Source of the DNA: an uncultured Acidobacteriota bacterium | GTDB lineage: Bacteria > Acidobacteriota > Vicinamibacteria > Vicinamibacterales > SCN-69-37 | Length of the DNA: 64,000 bases | Direction of reading: 5' to 3' | Assembly (NCBI GenBank): GCA_963730095.1 | Contig: CAVSQJ010000002.1 | Location: forward strand, 2,171,844 to 2,235,843 | In this document: in pieces, positions 32,112-42,381 of the stretch | Layout: each line of letters opens with the position of its first letter | Numbering within the stretch: position 1 is the stretch's first letter | Notes under the pieces: generated by a model | The model's input: only the letters and a program-made list of their open reading frames with translations | What the model was told of the DNA's origin: nothing | Databases searched by the model: none | Program-made: the position numbers and the translations under genes

Positions 32112-32139
32112 TTGAACGGCCAACTGCTGAATGTACAAT
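32112..32139 (+). promoter_or_regulatory. Sigma70-type promoter for ferredoxin-coaA
   Basis: TTGAAC-16 nt-TACAAT. Confidence 0.5.
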
Positions 32140-32221
32140 GCCCTTTCGACTGACGGACGGCCTGGTCCGCCGGTCACGGCCGCTCGCGCGTCGCGGCGGG
32201 CGACTGCCTTCGGAGGAGAGA

Positions 32222-32482
32222 ATGGCCTACGTCATCACCGAGCCCTGCATTGGCACCAAGGACACGGCCTGCGTCGACGTGTGTCCGGTGGACTGCATCC
32301 ATCCGCGCAAGGACGAGCCGACGTTCGAATCGGCGACGATACTCAACATCCATCCCGACGAGTGCATCGATTGCGGGGCCTGCGTGCCGGCGTGTCCCGT
32401 CGAGGCGATCTTCGCGCTCGACGAAGTTCCGGAAAAGTTCAAGAGCTACATCCAGCAGAACGCCACGTTCTTCAAGAAATAA
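32222..32482 (+). CDS. 7Fe-type dicluster ferredoxin
   Basis: MAYVITEPCIGTKDTACVDVCPVDC...CIDCGACVPACP; GGAGGAG RBS. Confidence 0.95.
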   Translation: MAYVITEPCIGTKDTACVDVCPVDCIHPRKDEPTFESATILNIHPDECIDCGACVPACPVEAIFALDEVPEKFKSYIQQNATFFKK

Positions 32483-32518
32483 CGGCGCGTCCCGCCGCCG
32501 GGAGCAGCTGAGACCGCC

Positions 32519-33450
32519 GTGGCGTCTCCGTATCTCGACTTCGATCGCGCGGCGTGGGCCCGGCTGCGCGCGGCCACGCCGCTGACGCTCGGCGAGTCCG
32601 ACCTGGCCGAGCTGCAGGGCCTCAACGAGCGCGTGTCGATCGCCGAGGTCGAGACGATCTACCTGCCGGTCTCGCGGCTGCTCAATCTGCACGTCGCCGC
32701 GACGCAAACGCTGCACAAGGCCGCGGACACGTTTCTCGGCCAGCTGCCGCAGCCCACGCCGTACGTCATCGGCGTGGCCGGCAGCGTGGCCGTCGGCAAG
32801 AGCACGTTCGCGCGGATCCTGCGCGCGCTGCTCGCGCGCTGGCCCGCGCACCCGCGCGTCGATCTCGTCACGACCGACGGATTTCTCCTGCCCAATCGCG
32901 TGCTCGAGGAGCGGCGGCTGCTCGCGCGCAAGGGGTTCCCCGAGAGTTACGACCTCAAGCGGCTCGTGCAGTTCATGGTGGCGGTCAAGGCGGGCGAGCG
33001 CGCCGTCGGCGCGCCGGTCTACTCGCACCAGCGTACGACATCGTCCCCGGCGAGTCGCAGGTCGTCGACCGGCCCGACATCCTCATCGTCGAGGGCCTGA
33101 ACGTGCTGCAGACGGGTGACAGCCAGCCGGGAAGGCCCGCGCGGCTCGTCGTCTCCGACTTCTTCGATTTCTCGATCTACATCGACGCCGAGGAGGCGCA
33201 CATCGAGTCCTGGTACATCTCGCGCTTTCTGGCGCTGCGCGAGACGGTGTTCCGCGATCCCACGTCCTACTTTCATCGCTACTCGGCGCTCGACGACGCC
33301 CAGGCGGTCGAGACGGCGCGCGACATCTGGCGGACGATCAACGGCGTGAACCTGCACGAGAACATCAAGCCGACGCGCGAGCGCGCGCGCCTCGTCCTCG
33401 AGAAGGGCCAGGATCACGCCGTCGAGCGCGTGCGGCTGCGTCGGCTCTAG
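32519..33450 (+). CDS. coaA: Type I pantothenate kinase (frameshift near 33030)
   Basis: [51 protein letters not shown]. Confidence 0.95.
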
Positions 33451-33920
33451 CCCAGGTGTTTCTTGGCGGCGAGGCGCGCCGCGCGGCGGACTTCCGCCTC
33501 ACGCGCGACCTGGCGTTCGGCGTCCGTTTCGAGGAGCAGCGGCGTCACCGCGACCCGTCCGCCAGCGCGATCGATCGCGACGAACGTCAGGAACGCCTTG
33601 CTCGTGAGCCGCCGCTCGCCGGTCAGCGTGCCCTCGGAATACACGTCGACCTCGACCTCGAGCGACGTCTTGAACGCGGCCGTCACGGTCGCGCGCAGGA
33701 TGATCAGGTCGCCCACCTTGATGGGGCACAGGAACACCAGGCCGTCCACCGCCGCCGTCACGAGCAGGCTGCGTGTGTGCCGGTGCGCGGCAATCGCGCC
33801 GGCGATGTCGATCAGGTGCATCACCGTGCCGCCGAGGATGAACCCGAGCGGGTTCGCGTCGTTCGGCAGCACCACCTGGACCATTTCGGTGAAGGAGGCT
33901 GACGGTGGTTTGGGGGACAT
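33447..33920 (-). CDS. Acyl-CoA thioesterase (YciA-type hotdog fold)
   Basis: [34 protein letters not shown]. Confidence 0.92.
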   Translation of the reverse strand: MSPKPPSASFTEMVQVVLPNDANPLGFILGGTVMHLIDIAGAIAAHRHTRSLLVTAAVDGLVFLCPIKVGDLIILRATVTAAFKTSLEVEVDVYSEGTLTGERRLTSKAFLTFVAIDRAGGRVAVTPLLLETDAERQVAREAEVRRAARLAAKKHLG

Positions 33921-33924
33921 TAAT

Positions 33925-34056
33925 GGATGGGAGATGGGAGATGGGAGATTGGGAGATCGATTGAGTGATTGATTGATTGAACGATTGAAGGATCGATAAT
34001 CTCTCAATCCCTCAATCGTTCAATGCCATCTCCCATCCCCCATCTCACATCATCAA
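33925..34056. repeat. Nested palindrome of two tandem repeats: (GATGGGA)n(GATTGA..)m / complements
   Basis: gatggga x3-4, then gattga units, then tcaatc units, then ccatc units. Confidence 0.85.
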
Positions 34057-34062
34057 ATGATC

Positions 34063-37000
34063 CTAGAAGTCGTAGCCGATCCAGAACGCGAACTTCATGT
34101 TCCGGAACGCCGAATGGCCGCCGGCCGAGGCGAAGAGGGCGTCCTCCCACGACTTGTTGAACAGCGTCTTCCACGAGAAGTCGAAGTGCATCGGAAAGCC
34201 CAGGAGGAACGTCTCGAGGCCGATGCCGTATGACGCGCGGCCATCGACGAGGCGGAAGCCGGAGACCGTCACCGGCGGACCATAGATCGGGGCCGTGTTG
34301 CCGATCGCGTCGATGATCTGGAACCCGACGATCGGGCGGTACTGTCTGTGTACTGTTCGACGCGAACGTGAATGGCACGCCGTTGAACGACGCGCCGCCA
34401 ATGTTCGCGTAGAAGACGCCGCGCAGGCCGCCCACGACGCCAATCGGGGTGAGCGCGGCCTCGATGATCGGGAACCGCAGCTCCGCGTCCGCGAACCAGC
34501 CCTTCTGCCCGACGAACTGGAGGTAGTCGTAGCCCCGCATCTCGGAGTTGCCGCCGAAGTACAGGAAGTCCGGGTTCGTTCCCCAGCTGTTCAGCCCGCG
34601 CAGCCGCACGGCGAAGACGCCGTTGGCCGCGAGCCGCGCGTAGTAGCGGACGTCGCCGTCGAGCGTCTGGCGCGCCAGCCACGCGTCGGTGAAGTGCGGT
34701 GACGCGTTGTAGGCGAGCCGGAACGTGCTGCCCGACACCGGCCCGTACTCGCGGAACACCGTCGTCTCCTGGATGAACGTGACGCCGACCGGCAGCATGC
34801 TGCCGTTCCGGAAGAGCGGCTGGCCGTACTGGTCGACCTGATACTGCTCGGCCAGGGCCTGCGAGCGTCGGATCCGTGTACGACTCGGACAGATGGATGT
34901 AGCCCGTGAACAGCTCGATGCGCCGGTACTTGTTGAACGGATAGATTACGAACGCCGTGCCGCCGCGCTGGCTCGATTCGGCCTCGGCGAGGTCGCGATC
35001 GATGTACGGCGCGATCGACGGATCGTAGAACGCCGTGTTCTGCCCGTAGAAGAAGTTGTCCTGCGAGAATCCCTGCAGCGCGTACCTGCCACCGGCGCTC
35101 GATGTTCTCGTAGGTGAAGGCGAGCGTGCGGAACTGCGACACCGACTGGAAGTAGAAGCTCATCTGCTTGTCGCCGAGCACGTCGGTGAAGGAGACCGCG
35201 GTGTTGCCGTAGAAGTTGCCGCTGCTCGAGACGCCGAGGTTCACCGGCGGCCGGCCCGCCATGCTCATGCCCTCGAACGCGCCCTTCTTGTGGATGTTGT
35301 CGCGGAGCAGCGTGTGGCTGATCGGCGCCGGAAAGTCCATCAGCGGGCCCGGCGATCCGAAGTCCGCGGAATCGACCGTCGCAATCGGCTTGTCCCCGGT
35401 GATCTCGTGGATGCCGTACTGGCTCTTGTAGTACGAGATGAACGCGACCTTGAGGCCCGCTGTCTGATGCAATACGACCGGCGAGACGTTGCCCGTCGCC
35501 GCGTCGGTCCACTGCTTCAGCACGCCGGTCGTCAAATCGAGCGTCCAGACGTTGGGGATGTCGCCGTTCTTGAGGACCTCGGCCGGGAGCGGCAGCTTCG
35601 GATCGACCGCCGTCGACGTGAAGACGATGATGTGGTCGTTGTAGAACTTCGCGGCCGCATCATCGTGCGCGCCGAACGTGAGCTGCTTCTTCTGGCCGGA
35701 CGCGAGGTCGACCGAGAACAGCTTGTGGTTGCCGCCGACGCGCGCCGTGTACACGATTGACTTGCCGTCGAGCGAGTACGTCGGGGCATAGTCCGCGAAG
35801 GTGTCTTTCGTGACGTTCACGACCTTGCTCGAGCCCAGCTCGACGGTGAAGATATCGCCGACGCCGTTCTGCAGCGCCGAGAAGGCGATCGACATGCCGT
35901 CGGGGCTGAACGCCGGAGATTCCGGCTCATCGACCGACGAGAGCTTCATCCGGTACTCGATCTTCCGGTTCACGACGTTCTCGACGATGAGCGTCTTGTC
36001 CTTCTCGGTGCGCACGAAATACGCGACGCGGTCGCCGACTGGCGACCACGCGATCCAGGGCACGACGTTGCCGCGCAGGCCGCCGGCCGTCGCGATGTAC
36101 TCCAAGCCGCATGTTCTTGTCGAAGCCCGGCGTCAGGCTGCGGATGATCTGGCCGTCCTTGGCCGAGATCAGGATGATGTCCAGCTCCTGGTCGTGCGAG
36201 TTGCCCACGACGGCCGCGAGGATGTCGCCGGTCGGCGATGGCTCGAGGCTCACGACCGACACGTAGTCGGACCGGTCGGGGCGCGGCGCCAGATTGCGGC
36301 CGTAGTCGGCGGGCCGCTCCTTGTCGCGGAACGGCTTGAAGCGTTCCTTCAAGTAGTGATCGAACGCATCGTCGAAATCCTCGGCCTTCATCTTGAAGGC
36401 TTCCTCGTACGCGCTCTCCCCGCCGCCAATGGCGCTCTTGCGGAGCGAGAAGAGGAACTGCCGCAGGCCGTCCTTGCCCCAGCGCGACTCGATGAACTCC
36501 CACGTCGCGTGCCCGAGCGCGTAGGGTGTCCGGCCCGACATCGGCTGGCTCTCGAGCTCGCTCATGCGCGGCACCGTGTCCGAGATGGCGACGTCGCGCA
36601 CCATCATCAGGTCGAGCGGGTTCCACGCGCCAGCCATGTAGTCCGACAGTCCCTCATCCATCCAGAGCGGCAGCGAGCTGGCGAGCCCGAGGCCGCGCGG
36701 GATGATGTCGAACTCGAAGATGTGCGTCAGCTCGTGGGTGATGAGCTGGTAGAGCTGGTCGGAGGGCTGATCGATCGGCAGCACCATCCGGTTGCGCTCG
36801 GGCTCGGCAAACGCGAGCACGCCTTCCGGCATGTCGCCGCCGATGTGGTTCTCCTGGAACTCGCTCTCCGTCTTGAAGATGATAAGCGGCACCTTCTCGG
36901 CGAGGTCATGTTTCAGCTCGGCGCTGACGTGCTGGTACGCGCTCTCGGCGTAGGACGCCACGCGCTCGAGGTGCTGCTCGAGCGCCGGGTAGTAGAAGAT

Positions 37001-37177
37001 CTCGAAGTGGTCCGTCTTGTAGATATGCCAGTCGAAGCGATCGTATCGAACCTGGTTTTTCCCGAAGTACGGCACGAAGGGCGTCTGGCCATCCACCGGG
37101 CTGGGGACCAGCCCCGCCGTCGCGAACGTCAGCGCCCCAAGGAGCAGGGGAGAAATGCGCAGGAAGCGCATCCGCAT
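34063..37177 (-). CDS. Peptidase-MA-like + PD40/TolB propeller + Omp85(BamA/TamA)-type barrel protein (frameshifted)
   Basis: YFGKNQVRY, HELTH...WMDEGLSDY gluzincin motif, PAFSPDG repeats, MRGYD, ELRFP, C-terminal IGYDF. Confidence 0.82.
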
Positions 37178-37306
37178 AGAGTCACCTCGACTCGAACAAG
37201 CTGCCAGAGGACCGTTCCCGCATCTTACACCCGGACCCCGAGCCGCTCTTGTGTTCCGCCGCAGGCACTGGCTCGACCGGCCGGACGCGTTGCCCGATGA
37301 CCCTGC

Positions 37307-37322
37307 AGCAAAGGTCATGCCT
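37307..37322 (-). promoter_or_regulatory. Sigma54 (-24/-12) promoter candidate for the peptidase-Omp85 gene
   Basis: Minus strand AGGCATGACCTTTGCT = GG-N10-GC, about 130 bp upstream of the ATG. Confidence 0.6.
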
Positions 37323-37438
37323 CGGCGCGACGCCGGAGCGCCCGCATGTGTTTACGTCGGCGCGTGGCCGAACGAGGACAGTGACGCCTCCGCAAGATGG
37401 CGTGCGACCGCCACGCGTACCTGTAGTAATGTGATGAC

Positions 37439-37990
37439 ATGGACGTGCGGACGTCGTCGCGGGCGGCTTGGACCCGTCAGATCGCGCTCGCGGGCCTCGT
37501 GGCCGCAGCGATTGCCGCATGGCCGGGCGCCTGCGCGCGCAGCGCGCCACCGGCCAGCACCGCCGACAGCAAGCCCGAGCGGGTGAAGCTCGACTACACG
37601 CTCAAGGACATGTCCGGCAAGGACGTGCGTCTGGCCGAGTACGTCGGCAAGCCCATCATCCTCAACTTCTGGGCGACCTGGTGCGAACCCTGCAAAGAGG
37701 AAATTCCGAGCCTGATCGCCATCGCTGACAAGTACAAGGATCGCGGGCTGACCATCCTCGGCGTCTCGATCGACGACTCGCCGGCGGACCTGCAGAAGTT
37801 CGCGGCCGAGCACGGCATGACGTATCCGATCCTGGTCGGCCAGGGCCATGACGACATGCTCGAAAATTTCGAAGCGACGTTCGCCGTGCCGGTGTCCTGG
37901 TTTATCAAGGCCGACGGCAGCGTCTTCCTCAAACACGAGGGCGCGGGATCGCGCGACTGGTTCGACGAGCAGGTGAAAGCGCTGTTCTAA
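37439..37990 (+). CDS. TlpA/ResA-family thiol-disulfide oxidoreductase
   Basis: LNFWATWCEPCKEEIP, signal/anchor sequence. Confidence 0.93.
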   Translation: MDVRTSSRAAWTRQIALAGLVAAAIAAWPGACARSAPPASTADSKPERVKLDYTLKDMSGKDVRLAEYVGKPIILNFWATWCEPCKEEIPSLIAIADKYKDRGLTILGVSIDDSPADLQKFAAEHGMTYPILVGQGHDDMLENFEATFAVPVSWFIKADGSVFLKHEGAGSRDWFDEQVKALF

Positions 37991-37993
37991 TCG

Positions 37994-38236
37994 ATGGCTC
38001 ACCGCAAACCCTCTCCCGTTGACGCACCGACGACCGCCCGTCTGGGCTGTGGCTGCACCGTGGCCTTTCGGACGGGCGTCGAAGGCAGCCCGGTGACGAT
38101 CGTCCTCGCGCGCAAGGCCGAGGCCTGTTCTATTCCGATTCACGTCGGCGGCCTGCCGCTCTACGACCATCGCGAGGCGCTGCGTCCAGCCACGCGCGTC
38201 CCGCTTCCTCCGCAAGCCGACGTCGACGAAAGCTAA
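37994..38236 (+). CDS. Small hypothetical Cys/His-containing protein
   Basis: 80-aa ORF 3 nt after tlpA; LGCGC and C-x3-H; coding-like codon usage. Confidence 0.6.
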   Translation: MAHRKPSPVDAPTTARLGCGCTVAFRTGVEGSPVTIVLARKAEACSIPIHVGGLPLYDHREALRPATRVPLPPQADVDES

Positions 38237-38240
38237 ACAG

Positions 38241-38305
38241 CATCGGCAATGGGCGATGGGGGATCCGCGATGGCAGAGCCGATCCCCCGTTGCCCATTGC
38301 CGATG
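38241..38305. repeat. REP-like palindrome (family A), full copy
   Basis: CATCGGCAATGGGCGATGGGGGATC...GATCCCCCGTTGCCCATTGCCGATG; partial copies at 1-27 and 58363-58406. Confidence 0.8.
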
Positions 38306-38320
38306 GCCGTATGATGTGCC

Positions 38321-38623
38321 ATGGCGAAGCTCCGAACCGAATATGAGGTGACGTGTCCCTGCTGCCATGCGACCCTCGTCATCGACGAGGGGTTGCGCCG
38401 CGTCGTCCGACACGTCGAGGTCGAGCGCGCCGACAAGCCGAAACTGGACGAGGCGCACCGCATCCTCGAGGAAGCCAAGGCGCGCCGCGAGGCCCTCTTT
38501 TCGCAGTCGGTCGAATCCGAGCGCACGCGCGGCGATGCGCTGTCCAAGCGCTTCGAAGAAGCCCTGAAGCAGGCCAAGGACGAACCGGTCAGCAAGCCGA
38601 AGCGCGACTTCGACCTCGATTGA
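38321..38623 (+). CDS. Hypothetical protein with CPCC zinc-ribbon-like N-terminus and charged helical tail
   Basis: EVTCPCCHATLVID; ends KRDFDLD; TATGAT 5 nt upstream. Confidence 0.75.
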   Translation: MAKLRTEYEVTCPCCHATLVIDEGLRRVVRHVEVERADKPKLDEAHRILEEAKARREALFSQSVESERTRGDALSKRFEEALKQAKDEPVSKPKRDFDLD

Positions 38624-38630
38624 GTGCAGA

Positions 38631-39269
38631 TCAGATCGGCAGCGCGCTCCAGCGGCTCTCGTCGTAGTACCGCGGCTGCTGGCCCGGGTGCGCGCGTCTG
38701 AAGGCGATGTAGCGGGCTCGCAGCCGCCGTACGCGCGCGTTCGAGCTCGCGATCTTCCGGTGCGGGACGTTGAGCAGATACCGTTCGACTTTCCAGACGT
38801 TCTCGTCCGACAGGCGCCAGTCGTACGGATCGAGGGCGCGCAGATCCACGACCGCGTAGCCCTTCACGCGCCCGCTGAAATCCACGAACGGATCGAAGTA
38901 GCTCAGCGCGAGCTGCCGCGGCGTGACGAAGACCGGCCGGCGTCCGTGCAGACCCAGGTCGCGCGAGCGCGCGACCGATCCCCACCGCCCGCGCCGGCGG
39001 TAGACGAAGATCACGTGGTCGAGATGATCGATCGACTCGAGGCTCATCACGAGCGGCGGATACCCGTGCTGCTCGAGGATCACGGCCGCCGTGAGGCCGC
39101 CTCGAGGCAGTGCGCCGTGTGATGCCGGATCGACGCCCCGAAACGATCGCAGCGTTGCGCGGCCGGGCGGTGGCTCGGTGTTGTACGGCAGCGTGTTGAG
39201 AAAGCCCTGCACGGCCTCGGGCGTGCGATAGCGGTCGATGGCTCGGCGCTCGGCCGGCGAAAGGCGCAA
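38631..39269 (-). CDS. Conserved hypothetical protein, possibly transglutaminase-like (frameshifted; start uncertain)
   Basis: TPEAVQGFLNTLPYN, TAHCLEAA, DHVIFVY, WGSVARS; Cys and His could be catalytic (inference). Confidence 0.6.
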   Translation of the reverse strand: MRLSPAERRAIDRYRTPEAVQGFLNTLPYNTEPPPGRATLRSFRGVDPASHGALPRGGLTAAVILEQHGYPPLVMSLESIDHLDHVIFVYRRRGRWGSVARSRDLGLHGRRPVFVTPRQLALSYFDPFVDFSGRVKGYAVVDLRALDPYDWRLSDENVWKVERYLLNVPHRKIASSNARVRRLRARYIAFRRAHPGQQPRYYDESRWSALPI

Positions 39270-39332
39270 AACAACTCCGGGAGTCTTTTCAGAGGACACT
39301 GTCACCGCAAAAAAGGCTCCCGGAGTTATTTC
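39269..39332. repeat. REP-like palindrome (family B)
   Basis: AACTCCGGGAGTCTTTT...AAAAGGCTCCCGGAGTTATTT; second copy at 51701-51756. Confidence 0.8.
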
Positions 39333-40185
39333 ACGGCGGCGCGAAGGTCCGAGAGCACGGCGCCAGGCGTCCAGTCGTTGCCGTCGTAGAACTTCACGAT
39401 CCGCCCGTCGGCGTCGATGAGCGTCGTGCGCAGGCTGTGGGTGATCTGGGTCGGGTCGGGCGCGCGAATGACGTCGACGCCGAACTTGCCGGCCAGCCGA
39501 TCGATCGTCACCCGGTCGCTCGTCGCGAACGTCCAGACGGCCGCGTCGGCCTTGAGCGCGCGGCGTGGGCCGCGAGCACCTCCGGCGTGTCGTGCTCGGG
39601 GTCGAAGGAAATCGACAGCAGCTTGACGTGCCCGGCGAGCTTCGGGTCCTTCGCGATCGCGCGCTGCGAGCGCGGCGAAGTTCTGATCCATCAGCGGGCA
39701 GAAATTCGGCAGCGGGCACCGCGTGTAGATGAACGTGATCAGCGTCGAACGATCCGCGCCAGTCGTTGAACGAACGGCGCGCGTTCGTCTGGTCGATGAG
39801 CGCGACGTCCGGCACGATCTCGCCCGTCTCGAGCAGGCCCGCGGCCATGCCGACTTCGTTCGGCCGGCGGCAGCGGCGCGTCGCCGGCGTGCGTCGATGG
39901 CGACCAGGCGTGGTCCGGCGTCGCTGACTTCGAGCGTGCCGTTGATGAGCTCGCCCGGCGTCCGGCCCTCGATGCAGCGCCTTCGACGCGACGCCGATAC
40001 GTCATCGTCATCGCCGGCATGAAACCCGGAATGTCGCCGTGCTTGATCGTGAGCGCGAGGCTGTCGGCGCTCGACCGCGAGGACCTGGCCGCTGATCGGG
40101 TAGCGCTTCGGCGCCGGCGTCCGATCGCAGCCAGCGGCGACAGAGCGGCGAGCAGCGCGATCAACGAGACGAGACGATCGGCCAT
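39326..40185 (-). CDS. SCO family copper chaperone with N-terminal CusF-like copper-binding domain (frameshifted)
   Basis: IKHGDIPGFMPAMTMTY; FIYTRCPLPNFCPLMD; SISFDP; ITHSLRTTLIDADG. Confidence 0.85.
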
Positions 40186-40196
40186 TCGATGGCGAT

Positions 40197-40925
40197 TCAA
40201 CTGACCACCCATCCGTCCTTGAGCTCGATGACGCGCGAGCCGTACGACGCGTTGGTCTCCGAGTGCGTGACCTGCACGATCGTCGTGCCCGTGTCGTTGA
40301 GCTTCTTGAAGAGCTCCATGATTTCGCGGCCCTGGCTCGAGTGCAGGTTGCCGGTCGGCTCGTCGGCGAGGATGACCTTCGGATTCGCGATCACCGCGCG
40401 CGCGACCGCGACGAGCTGCTGCTGGCCGCCGGACAGCTGGTTCGGATACAGGTCCTTCTTGCCGACGATGGAGAAGCGGTCGAGGATGTCGCAGACCATG
40501 CTGTCGCGATCGGCCTTCTTGATGTCGCGATACGACAGCGGCACGTCGAGGTTCTCGTACACCGTCAGGTGGTCGAGCAGGTGGTAGCTCTGGAACACGA
40601 AGCCGATGTGCTGCTTGTGCAGCCGCGCGCGGTCCTTCGGGCCGAGGCGATGCACGGGCTGGCCGGCGAAGTAGAAATCGCCCGTCCACGCGCTGTCGTG
40701 CATGCCGATGATGTGCAGCAGCGTCGACTTGCCGGCGCCCGACGGCCCCATGATCGACACGAACTCGCCGTCCTTGATGTCGAGCATGATGCGGCGCAGC
40801 ACCCACGTGCGGCTCGTGCCGTGCGCGTACGACTTCTCGAGGTTGCGCAGCGAGACGAGCGCTTCGCCGCCGAGTCCTTCGGACTCCACGGGCGCGGATT
40901 GCGGGCTGCGTGAGAACAACGCCAT
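40197..40925 (-). CDS. ABC ATP-binding protein (LolD/MacB type)
   Basis: GPSGAGKST, IGFVFQSYHL, LSGGQQQ, ILADEPTGNL, VTH. Confidence 0.93.
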   Translation of the reverse strand: MALFSRSPQSAPVESEGLGGEALVSLRNLEKSYAHGTSRTWVLRRIMLDIKDGEFVSIMGPSGAGKSTLLHIIGMHDSAWTGDFYFAGQPVHRLGPKDRARLHKQHIGFVFQSYHLLDHLTVYENLDVPLSYRDIKKADRDSMVCDILDRFSIVGKKDLYPNQLSGGQQQLVAVARAVIANPKVILADEPTGNLHSSQGREIMELFKKLNDTGTTIVQVTHSETNASYGSRVIELKDGWVVS

Positions 40926-40953
40926 CGGGCCTCCTCCACAGTCGATTCTACTG

Positions 40954-40990
40954 AAAGTCGGGAAGTCGGGAGGTCGAGAAGTCGAGACGT
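40954..40990. repeat. 8-bp tandem repeat (AAGTCGGG family)
   Basis: aagtcggg aagtcggg aggtcgag aagtcgag. Confidence 0.75.
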
Positions 40991-41107
40991 GAATGCGTCC
41001 GAATCCGCACGGGGCGCCATTCACCGAGTGCCCGCCTCCGCTCGCCGGATCTGTCGAGGACAGGCCCGAGCTGGCCTCGTATCGTGAGAAAGCAAGGAGA
41101 GGGCACG

Positions 41108-41242
41108 ATGACTCGCAGGCACATCTGGATGGTGGCGGTTGCAACGGCAGGGTTGATTTCGAGCGCAGTGGCGGCCTGCCTCCTGTGGCTTCTTCTGACG
41201 CATCCGGTGGCCGTCGCCACGTTCGTCGGTCGGGGGCTGTAG
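41108..41242 (+). CDS. Small 44-aa single-TM membrane protein (not in the ORF track)
   Basis: AAGGAGAG RBS; MTRRHIWMVAVATAGLISSAVAACLLWLLLTHPVAVATFVGRGL*. Confidence 0.6.
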   Translation: MTRRHIWMVAVATAGLISSAVAACLLWLLLTHPVAVATFVGRGL

Positions 41243-41277
41243 TCGGAGTTGACTGACGCCTGAGGAGGCAACGTCCC

Positions 41278-41621
41278 ATGAGCTCCAGACGCGATCGCAG
41301 GTCGTCCCGGGTTGCTCCTGATCGCGCTCGGGTCTGATCCTCCTTGGCGAGCGGCAGCACGTGCTGCCCATCGTCGACATCGGCCGACTCTGGCCCGTGC
41401 TCCTCATCATCCTGGGCGTCGGCCGCTTCACGGCGCCGCGCGAGGACGGCACGCACCGCAACGGGCTCTGGCTCGTGTTCATCGGCGGCCTCTTCCTGCT
41501 CAACAACTACGACATCTTCGTCCTGCATGACTCGTGGCCGCTCTTCATCGTCGCCGGCGGCCTCTCGCTCGCGTTCGGCCGCAAGTGCCAGCGTCAGGCG
41601 GAGAACAAGGTCAAGTTGTGA
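41278..41621 (+). CDS. LiaF/LiaI-like (DUF5668) membrane protein (frameshift near 41345)
   Basis: GAGGAGG RBS; GLLLIALG, RLWPVLLIILG, WPLFIVAGG repeats. Confidence 0.75.
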
Positions 41622-42356
41622 CGCTCGATACCCGGTCGCACGCCGCGCATCACGCCGAAGGTCGTCGTCGGCCTCGGCATCTGCGTGTTCGGCCTCCTGC
41701 TGACGGCAGGCAATCTCGGCTGGCTCGATGCGGAGGAGCTCTGGCGGTACTTCCCGATGGTGATCGTCGCGGGCGGCCTGGCGAAGTTTTTCAGCTCCAG
41801 CACGACGTCCGGCCGGATGACCGGCGTAGTCGGCGTGTGCATCGGGGCCTGGTGGACCGCGGACAACCTGGACCTGGTCCACGCGCACCTCTGGGACTGG
41901 TGGCCCCTGATCTTCGTGGTCATGGGCTTGCGCGTGATCTTCGCCTCGCAACGTCAGGCTGCGCGCGACAGCGCGCGGGCGCAGCAGGTGGCGCCCGACG
42001 GGTCCGGCGCCGTCCAGTCCACGCCTGACCAGTACGTCACCGCGTTCGCGTTCTGGTCGTCGGTTCGGCGGCGGATCGTGTCGGCGGCGTTCAAGGGCGG
42101 CGATCTCACCGCGCTCATGGGCGGCGTGATGCTCGATCTGCGCGGCGCGTCGCTCGCGGGCGGCGAGGCGACGGTCGACATGTTCGCGATTTGGGGCGGC
42201 ATCGAGATCCGCGTGCCGCCCGATTGGAGCGTCTCGAACCAGGCGATCGCCATCATGGGCGGCGTCGACGACAAGAGCATGGCGACCGCCGATGCGCGCC
42301 AGCGGCTCGTTGTTCGCGGCTTCGTCATGATGGGCGGCGTCGAGATCAAGCCGTAA
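41618..42356 (+). CDS. LiaF-like cell-envelope stress protein (TM region + DUF2154-like beta domain); start approximate
   Basis: WDWWPLIFV; GGDLTALMGGVMLDLR, AIWGGIEIRVPPDW, MGGVEIK. Confidence 0.82.
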
Positions 42357-42381
42357 GGTTCCTGGGACACAATGCACCCAC

